From assembly GCA_030141605.1 (NCBI GenBank), contig JAQGDQ010001982.1, forward strand, positions 1-18,723: a DNA stretch of 18,723 nucleotides. Direction: 5' to 3'. How positions within the stretch are numbered: position 1 is the first letter of the stretch; every line of letters begins with the position of its first letter. Origin of the DNA: Tubiluchus corallicola (lineage: Eukaryota; Animalia; Priapulida). The notes beneath the pieces are model-generated. The model saw only the letters and a program-made list of their open reading frames with translations, ran no database searches and was not told where the DNA came from. Positions 1 to 9,100 of this stretch are shown here, piece by piece. A program made the translations under genes and the position numbers.

Positions 1-3000
1 TTTGCGAATTTTGTTTTTTCTCATGAGAATGTGCTACATATTTTTGCGAATTTCGTTTTTTCTCACTAGAATGTGGCAACATTTTTTCGAATTTTGTTTT
101 TTCTCACCAGAATGTTACCACATTTTTGCGAATTTTGGTTTTTTCACTCGGGAATGCTGCCACATTTTGCGAGTTTCAGGTTTTTTCTCATGAGAATGTG
201 GCTACATTTTTGCGAATTTTGTTTTTTTCTCATGATAATGTGGCTACATTTATTTTTGCGAATTTCCTTTTTTCTCTCTAGAATGTCGCCACATTTTTTC
301 GAATTTTGTTTTTTTCTCACCAGAATGTTACCACATTTTTGCGAATTTTGGTTTTTTCTCACGGGAATGCTGCCACATTTTGCGAGTTTCAGGTTTTTTC
401 TCATGAGAATGTGGCTACATTTTTGCGAATTTTGTTTTTTCTCATGATAATGTGGCTACATTTATTTTTGCGAATTTCCTTTTTTCTCTCTAGAATGTCA
501 CCACATTTTTACGGATTTTGTTTTTTTCTCACCAGAATGTTACCACATTTTTGCGAATTTTGGTTTTTTCTCACGGGAATGTTGCCACATTTTGCGAGTT
601 TCAGGTTTTTTTCTCACGAGAATGTGGCAACATTTTTGCGAATTTTGTTTTTTCTCATGATAATGTGGCTACATTTTTGCGAATTTTGGGTTTTTTTCTC
701 ACGAGAATGTGGCTACATTTTTGCGAATTTTGTTTTTTTCTCATGAGAATGTGGCTACATTTATTTTTGCGAATTTTGTTTTTTTCTCACTGGAATGTCA
801 CCACATTTTTGCGAATTTTGGTTTTTTCTCATGAGAGTGTTACCACATTTTTGCGAATTTTCGTTTTTTCTCACGTGAATGTCGCCACATTTTTGCGAGT
901 TTTTTTTCTCACGAGAATGTGGCAACATTTTAATTTTGCGAATTTTGGTTTTTTCTCACGTGAATGTCGCCACATTTTGCGAGTTTCAGGTTTTTTCTCA
1001 CGAGAATGTGGCAAAATTTTAATTTTGCGAATTTTGGTTTTTTCTCAGGAGAATGTCTTGACACATTTTTGCGAGTTTCGAGTTTTTTCTCACATGAATG
1101 TGGCAACATTTTTTTTTGCGAATTTCTGTTTTTTATCATGAGAATGCGGCCACATTTTTGCGAATTTTGGGTTTTTTCTCACGAGAATGTCTTGACACAT
1201 TTCTGCGAGTTTCGTGTTTTTTCTCACAAGAATGTGGCTACATTTTTGCGAATTTTGGTTTTCTTCTCATGATAATGTGGCTACATTTATTTTTGCGAAT
1301 TTCGTTTTTTCTCTCTGGAATGTCACCACATTTTTGCGAATTTTGTTTTTTTCTCACCAGAATGTTACCACATTTTTGCGAATTTTGGTTTTTTCTCACG
1401 TGAATGTCGCCACATTTTGCGAGTTTCAGGTTTTTTCTCACGAGAATGTGGCAAAATTTTAATTTTGCGAATTTTGGTTTTTTCTCAGGAGAATGTCTTG
1501 ACACATTTTTGCGAGTTTCGAGTTTTTTCTCACATGAATGTGGCAACATTTTTTTTTGCGAATTTCTGTTTTTTATCATGAGAATGCGGCCACATTTTTG
1601 CGAATTTTGGGTTTTTTCTCACGAGAATGTCTTGACACATTTCTGCGAGTTTCGTGTTTTTTCTCACAAGAATGTGGCTACATTTTTGCGAATTTTGGTT
1701 TTCTTCTCATGATAATGTGGCTACATTTATTTTTGCGAATTTCGTTTTTTCTCTCTGGAATGTCACCACATTTTTGCGAATTTTGTTTTTTTCTCACCAG
1801 AATGTTACCACATTTTTGCGAATTTTGGTTTTTTCACTCGGGAATGCTGCCACATTTTGCGAGTTTCAGGTTTTTTCTCATGAGAATGTGGCTACATTTT
1901 TGCGAATTTTGTTTTTTCTCATGATAATGTGGCTACATTTATTTTTGCGAATTTCCTTTTTTCTCTCTAGAATGTCACCACATTTTTTCGAATTTTGTTT
2001 TTTTCTCACCAGAATGTTACCACATTTTTGCGAATTTTGGTTTTTTCTCACGGGAATGTTGCCACATTTTGCGAGTTTCAGGTTTTTTTCTCACGAGAAT
2101 GTGGCAACATTTTTTTTGTGAATTTCTGTTTTTTCTCATGAGAATGTGGCCACATTTTTGCGAATTTTGGGATTTCTTCTCACGAGAATGTCTTGACACA
2201 TTTTTACGAATTTTGTTTTTTTCTCACCAGAATGTTACCACATTTTTGCGAGTTTCGAGTTCTTTCTTACGAGAATGTGGCAACATTTTTTTTGTGAATT
2301 TTGGTTTTTTCTCATGAGAATGTGGCCACATTTTTGCGAATTTTGGGTTTTTTCTCACGAGAATGTCTTGACACATTTCTGCGAGTTTCGTGTTTTTTCT
2401 CATGAGAATGTGGCTACATTTATTTTTGCAAATTTCGTTTTTTTCTCTCTGGAATGTCACCACATTTTTGCGAATTTTGGTTTTTTCTCACCAGAATGTT
2501 ACCACATTTTCGCGAATTTTGGTTTTTTCACTCGGGAATGTTGCCACATTTTTGCGAGTTTCGAGTTTTTTCTCACGAGAATGGGCAACATTTTATTTTT
2601 GCGAATTTCTGTTTTTTCTCATGAGAATGTGGCCACATTTTTGCGAATTTTGGGTTTTTTTCTCACGAGAATGTGGCTACATTTTTGCGAATTTTGTTTT
2701 TTTCTCATGAGAATGTCGCCTATTTTTTTGCGAATTTTGGTTTTTTCTCTGAGGAATGTCGCCACATTTTGCGAGTTTCAGGTTTTTTCTCACGAGAATG
2801 TGGCAACATTTTTTTTGTGAATTTTGGTTTTTTCTCACGAGAATGTGGCTACATTTTTGCGAATTTTGGTTTTCTTCTCATGAGAATGTGGCTACATTTA
2901 TTTTTGCGAATTTCGTTTTTTCTCTCTGGAATGTCACCACATTTTTGCGAATTTTGTTTTTTTCTCACCAGAATGTTACCACATTTTTGCGAATTTTGTT

Positions 3001-4292
3001 TTTTTCTCACGGGAATGTCGCCACATTTTGCGAGTTTCAGGTTTTTTCTCACGAGAATGGGCAACATTTTATTTTTGCGAATTTTGGTTTTTTCTCACAA
3101 GAATGTGGCCACATTTTTGCGAGCTTCGAGTTCTTTCTTACGAGAATGTGGCAACATTTTTTTTGTGAATTTTGGTTTTTTCTCATGAGAATGTGGCCAC
3201 ATTTTTGCGAATTTTGGGTTTTTTCTCACGAGAATGTGGCTACATTTTTGCGAATTTTGTTTTTTCTCATGAGAATGTGGCTACATTTATTTTTGCGAAT
3301 TTCGTTTTTTTTCTCTGGAATGTCACCACATTTTTGCGAATTTTTGTTTTTTCACTCGGGAATGTCGCCACATTTTTGCGAGTTTCAGGTTTTTTCTCAC
3401 GAGAATGTGGCAACATTTTATTTTTGCGAATTTCTGGTTTTTTCTCTCGGGAATGTCGCCACATTTTTGCAAGTTTCGAGTTTTTTCTCACGAGAATGGG
3501 CAACATTTTATTTTTGCGAATTTCTGTTTTTTCTCATGAGAATGTGGCCACATTTTTGCGAATTTTGGGTTTTTTTCTCACGAGAATGTGGCTACATTTT
3601 TGCGAATTTTGTTTTTTTCTCATGAGAATGTGGCTACATTTATTTTTGCAAATTTCGTTTTTTTCTCTCTGGAATGTCACCACATTTTTACGAATTTTGG
3701 TTTTTTCTCACCAGAATGTTACCACATTTTTGCGAATTTTGGTTTTTTCTCTCGGGAATGTTGACACATTTTTGCAAGTTTCGAGTTTTTTTCTCACGAG
3801 AATGGGCAACCTTTTATTTTTGCGAATTTCTGTTTTTTCTCACGAGAATGTGGCTACATTTTTGCGAATTTTGGTTTTTTCTCATGAGAATGCTTTATCA
3901 CATTTTTGCGAATTTTGGTTTTTTCTCTCGGGAAGGTCGCCACATTTTTGCGAATTTTGTTTTTTTCTCTCCAGAATGTTACCACATTTTTGCGAATTTT
4001 GTTTTTTTCTCACGGGAATGTCGCCTATTTTTTGCGAATTTTGGTTTTTTCTTTGAGGAATGTCGCCACATTTTGCGAGTTTCAGGCTTTTTCTCACGAG
4101 AATGTGGCAACATTTTTTTTGCGAATTTCTGTTTTTTCTCATGTGAATATGGCCACATTTTTGCGAATTTTGGGTTTTTTCTCACGAGAATGTCTTGAAA
4201 CATTTTTGGGAAGTTCAAGTTTTTTCTCATAAGAATGTTACCACATTTTTGCGAATTTTGGTTTTTTCTCACGGGAATGTCGCCACATTTTT
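1..4292. repeat. Tandem satellite array, ~42-44-bp monomer (approximate consensus TTTTTGCGAATTTTGGTTTTTTCTCAYGAGAATGTGGCYACAT); runs off the left edge of the window
   Basis: Continuous monomer repetition is visible directly. There is a 5-monomer period of ~212 bp (CACCAGAATG at 105, 318, 530) and a near-exact 440-bp, 10-monomer duplication (934-1395 vs 1374-1835; ORFs 964..1272 and 1404..1712 are identical). Confidence 0.97.
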
Positions 4293-4523
4293 CAGATTCA
4301 GTGACCACATATTGTGAAAGTTGTAACTGTATATTTTAGGTGCTGCCGTCTATTGATTAGTCACTTTAACATTTTACTAGTTAAACTCACTCCTAGTACA
4401 ATTGCTCTGTCCAGTGAATATGCATACTCACTGGATCTCCCCTATTTTTACTGTAATGGTATTTGTGAAGCCAAGTTTTGCATAGTTCTCTACCTATATA
4501 TACTGGCTGGATTTTACTTCTAG

Positions 4524-4660
4524 ACACTGTCTCTCGGTCACGCTCTCAGTGACGTGCAGTCGATCTACTTATGTGACTCTCTGCCACATTCTCAGTGCAG
4601 TGCAGTCATGCTACACACTGTCTCTCTGCCACACTCTCAGTGCAGTGCAGCAGTCGTGAT
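4524..4660. repeat. Degenerate ~45-bp tandem repeat, 3 copies
   Basis: An ACACTGTCTCTCTGCCACACTCTCAGTGCAGTGCAG-like unit occurs three times with substitutions and indels. Confidence 0.7.
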
Positions 4661-5285
4661 CTTCATTTTACTTGTGTATTTTACTGTGTATTTAGTATAA
4701 TAAACGGTTTCAGTTTTTGTGCAGATATGTAATATAGTGTTCATTCGTTTTCTACAAGTGTTCAACTTCAACTTCATACATGACTTTCACACATATAGTG
4801 GATTAGATACGTTATTCGCATTAAGCAATATTAATATTGCTTATTTGTTACGTTATACACTAAACTGCCGCAGACTCATCCCTTTTGCGTAACTCCTTTT
4901 GTGAGTGCAGTAAAGTAGTTCTTTTTTTCTACATGCAAAAATGTAAATGCCAATTTCATCTAATTGAGAATAGGCTAAACATTTGATCGCCCTTTTCCTT
5001 TGGTGGTAATTTTGTACGTGTGTGCCATTGTAGACAGTATGATTTACAGTTGTTTGTGTGTGGTGTTGATCATTTGAGTTTAAAGTGCTCATAATAAGTT
5101 TGCCACGTTCAAAGAAAACTTTTTTCGTTTGCAAAAGCACACTAAAATTTTATGATGGGTATTAAATCTGGTATCCATTTTATATACAAATAAAAATAAT
5201 TAACAAAAGTATTTCTGTTTTTCTTGTCTTCATACATCTGACAATTATTTTATTTTTATTCGTTAAGGTGTTTCGTTTGATATAT

Positions 5286-5389
5286 TGTTGCTATGCATCA
5301 ACGTAGCATTTGTTGCCATGCATCAACGTAGCATCTGTTGCCATGCATCAACGTAGCATTTGTTGCCATGCATCAACGTAGCATTTGTT
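5286..5389. repeat. 25-bp minisatellite, 4 copies
   Basis: TGTTGCCATGCATCAACGTAGCATT at 5286, 5311, 5336 and 5361, with at most one substitution per copy. Confidence 0.95.
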
Positions 5390-5527
5390 AGACGCTCAGA
5401 TGAATAAATTTTATGTGTTCCGCATGTGCAATCTTTTGCGCCAATTCATCTAAACAATAATAATATAATTACGTACTCAATGATTAAGCATTTTTATAAT
5501 TATTTAATTGTACGTTGCTAATACAGT

Positions 5528-5782
5528 ACGCATATCTGGAATAACTTGCCTGTTACTGTACGTTCTACAAAATCATTAAGTTGTTTTAAACAACATCCTA
5601 AGACGCATTTTTTTAAATTGTGCTTTTCATGATGAATTGTTTATAATTTTTATGATGAATTGTTTTTAATATCTTTCAAATTCATGTTTTCTTATGAATT
5701 TTAAGTGTATTTTATTGTTCAGCGTGCTAAAATTTAAATGATGCGCTATATAAATAAATTTTACATTATCACATTACAATAC
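5528..5782 (+). mobile_element. 5'-truncated 3' end of an L2/CR1-group LINE
   Basis: 5537-5632 translates as WNNLPVTVRSTKSLSCFKQHPKTHFFKLCFS*, fitting the WNxLPxxxRxxxSLxxFKxxLKTHLF C-terminus typical of L2 ORF2. It is followed by a 3' UTR containing GCGCTATATAAAT and a degenerate (CATTA) tail. Confidence 0.8.
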
Positions 5783-5923
5783 CATGTGCGTATTTTGTAT
5801 CTACAATATGAGTAGTCATTACAGATGCCGAATTGTCAAACCAATTTCAAAATTGTTTATTTCACTTCTTTTACTTTATCTAAGCATTAACCAAAAATCT
5901 ATAAAAGCAAATTAAACTCTATT

Positions 5924-5929
5924 TTTATT
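5924..5929 (-). promoter_or_regulatory. Candidate polyadenylation signal of the GXYLT-like gene
   Basis: AATAAA on the minus strand ~84 nt downstream of the stop codon. The AT-rich context makes a chance occurrence possible. Confidence 0.4.
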
Positions 5930-6012
5930 ATGGAAGCTTCGTAATTTTTTTAGGCATGATGATTAGTGAAGCGTAAAATCTTAATCGAAATCTTAATTAT
6001 GCATTTCTTTTG

Positions 6013-6168
6013 CTATGGTACTGATGACTTTTTGGTGTCGTTCATCCTGGAAGCAGTTTTCAGGAAAGCGTGCATTAACCTACTTTCATCCACACCTATG
6101 CTTTTAGCGTATCCTTTCAATTCAGGAAGTTGATTTACAATACATGGATTCGGATCACAAATCAGTAT
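6013..6168 (-). CDS. GXYLT-like terminal coding exon (ILICDPNPCIVNQLPELKG...KKSSVP*)
   Basis: Acceptor TATTTTTTTCAG; phase 0 matches the previous exon; 51 open codons then TAG at 6015-6013. No family motif, so the call rests on splice signals and phase. Confidence 0.72.
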   Translation of the reverse strand: MLICDPNPCIVNQLPELKGYAKSIGVDESRLMHAFLKTASRMNDTKKSSVP

Positions 6169-9100
6169 CTGAAAAAAATATGAAGGCATTATTTGCAGTA
6201 AAAATTCGGCGGCATCAGTTGTCTAACGCATATGTTGTTATGAATAAATTTAGGAAAACGAATTTCGGTGAATAATTAATTGATTTATCAGATGAATTAG
6301 ATGCAGATGATAAACTCACGCCTCCCTGATTTCGTCAAGGAAATTTATACGGTTGAACAAGAAACTCATCTAGCTGACGCTCGAATTTAATGAGTTAAAA
6401 TTGTCACACGATTGTAGAAAGGACAGGTGTATAATCGAGAAGACGCTATTGTTTAACTAGAATAGATGCAGAGTAAAAGATAATTAGTAGAAGGTCATTA
6501 GCGATTAGTTGTCGCGTGCAAATAAGTTAATGAAGAGAGCCAAGGTCTAGTATCAGTGCTCATCGAACATTAGAAGGAAATCAAAAGTTATGCCGCCCAG
6601 ATGGTGGTAAAAGAAGTCAAAGCGGCGGAATTTAAGAAAGTCATTACTGGTTATAAAATCAGAAAATGAAAGGAACTGTCACTGTCCAGGAGGTAGGATG
6701 TTGCCAGATGCTGCAATACCACGAAGGTCAGCTCTTCGAAATATAAGCTCTAGAAAAATATTACAAAGACACACAACGGGGTGACGTACGTGAGTGTCAC
6801 ATACACCACGAGCGAGAAGGGGAGTCTGACAGTGGTTTGCTACCATACCGTGTGTCCGAGACATCTTCTGCAAGCCAAGAAGAAGCAACGTTTGCCCAGC
6901 GTAGAAGAGGAATCTGCGTACTTAGCATTGACTGAGCACTGGTGCTATGTAGTCTCTATAGGAAACAGGGATCAGGCCAATTGTAGTGGTACATTGGTCA
7001 ATCCACAAGTATCTGATATAGTTGTAGCCGAAACGTTGTATGAATTAAGCACCTTCAGTGCATCATACCTATATAGTAAATCATTAAGTGAGTAGCATCT
7101 TCTCTGGAGCTAGACATTAGTTGTAAACGCCCACCGGCGTATAAGACCGAATCTTGTATTGGAATCAGAGTTGATTAAATTGTAACTGTAAGTTCAATAA
7201 AGTCTATTCACTGTATTAACGTAGACATTGAGTTTGTGAATGATTAAAGTGTTATCGGTAACTGACATTTGCAACACTAAATCCTCGATATGAACTTGAG
7301 GAGATTCGCAGTGTACATAAGAGCTCAATTGCGGGAGCTAAGCTTGTAAACTTGAGGGATAATGATCTGACTCACAACGCAAGGTCAAAGTGAAAGTCGT
7401 GTAGGACAAGATCATTGCCTTAGCGACTTAACTAAAGCCCTCAGAGTCGGGTAATCGAGATCCGATCAATTACCTGTAAGCGATCGATAAGCGAATCTAG
7501 AATCTAAAACATCAATTAATTCAATCATTCAAGATCACTCGATACGGCAAATTATTATACGATCACATTATTGAGTGAGAACTTGATAATGTTTAACATA
7601 TGAAACTTTATTCATAAAGGAGCAAGCGAGTACCATATTCAAACATTTCGACAAATGGCACGCATGAAATACTGACGCATCCCTCTAGGCACGATTTACC
7701 AATAGAAATTCACCACAGAAATATAATGCAATGGAACTACATTTAAACTACGTCTAACAATCAAAAATGATTTAGCTGTTCAATGCAGCGTAAGTCTTAA
7801 TTTTGCTGATGTCATGCTGCAAAATTATGTCTTCCAGTAAAAGTTTTAGTAAAAAAACTAATCATGGTAAGTAGATTCTTGTAGTAGAATGCCAAATTGT
7901 AAAAATGAGATCAAAATGAGTTAATGACAAAAATAAGACAATGTTAGTAGATTAAATAATATGCTACATACTTTACTGTATAAGCTATAAATACGTTGCA
8001 CTAGTAGAAATGGCGGTTTAGCTAAGCTGTTGCTCACGAATATTTGTGTATTCCCGTGGAGAATTCCCATCCCGTTTTGTAATGCAGAATCACAAATTTG
8101 ATCTTGTATTATCCTCGGTTGAACAACATTCCACTCACAAGGTATAACTAGAATTTTCTCTGAAAAATAAAACTAATAACAATCAGTATTTCCTGTAGCA
8201 GCATTACGCAATTAATAGAATTAACAGTTGTTTTATTGGTAAAGAAATCTACTTGCTAAATGGCTTGTTTTTGTTATTCTATAAACATTTTTAAACAATG
8301 CCACGGTTCAGAAGAAAAGGAAGTTCTGTGAAAATATTTCTTTTTTGACGTATTGTAAACCCCAATGGATGTAGCCATTGGTAGCAAAATATGACAGCCA
8401 TGGATATGACGGCAGCACCCCATCCAGGGGTCAGCAATATGCTATTGTTTTTAAAAGCAATCCATATTCGATAACTAATCCATGAGATATTCATAGGATG
8501 CTCTACATTTTTTGTGTTAAAGCAAAATAGAAGGATTTTTGTAAATGATTGTGGCGGAACCGGTAGCAAAAATGATCTTCCAAGGTCCTGTAGTCATCTA
8601 GTCACGCGACTTGACATTGCTTAACTTTACAGTGGGCAAAAAGCTAATCCATCTTGTCACTGATTAAAACAGTAGGTATGGAATGAGTTGAACATGCGTT
8701 TTAGAAGTAAAACATTTTACAGGTAAAAGCAGGTAGTCATGATTTAGCTTTTGTGCTACCGTTTATGTGTTTTTTCCTAATCTATTAAATGATTTACTAA
8801 TGTATTAAATATTAAGCAATATAATGCAGCAAGCTTTTCCACCTGCCCAGGTGGTCTGTCACAATAGCAAAACGTATTAATAATGAAACATGATTCTTAG
8901 AAGAACAAGGAACAAATCAGAGAAACTAATCTATAGCGAATCATCGTCTTTGACCGTTTAACTGTATCCGACGAAAATAAATACAGGCAATTTTTAATGA
9001 CAAAAGAAACAATTTATTTAATTCGATTCTGATGTTGCTAAATATTCGTATTCTGCGTGCAGTAATATAATTTAGCATCATTAGAAGTTCTTTGCAAAAG

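Noticed and set aside
1-4292. CRISPR-like appearance of palindromic repeats with variable parts
   Set aside because: The variable parts are only 2-6 nt, there are no unique spacers or cas genes, and the context is eukaryotic.
2-4308. Many overlapping Phe-rich or Lys-rich ORFs up to 294 aa
   Set aside because: They are translations of a stop-poor satellite in all frames, with frame-disrupting T-tract length variation.
6320-6372. Possible extra minus-strand exon with a GTGAGT donor
   Set aside because: The acceptor is weak, no family similarity is seen, and the flanking exons already join in phase.
8291-8569. 92-aa minus-strand ORF ending LLNRGIV
   Set aside because: It is intronic, is not needed for the GT8 frame (the HGN exon is 8159-7972), and has no recognisable motif.
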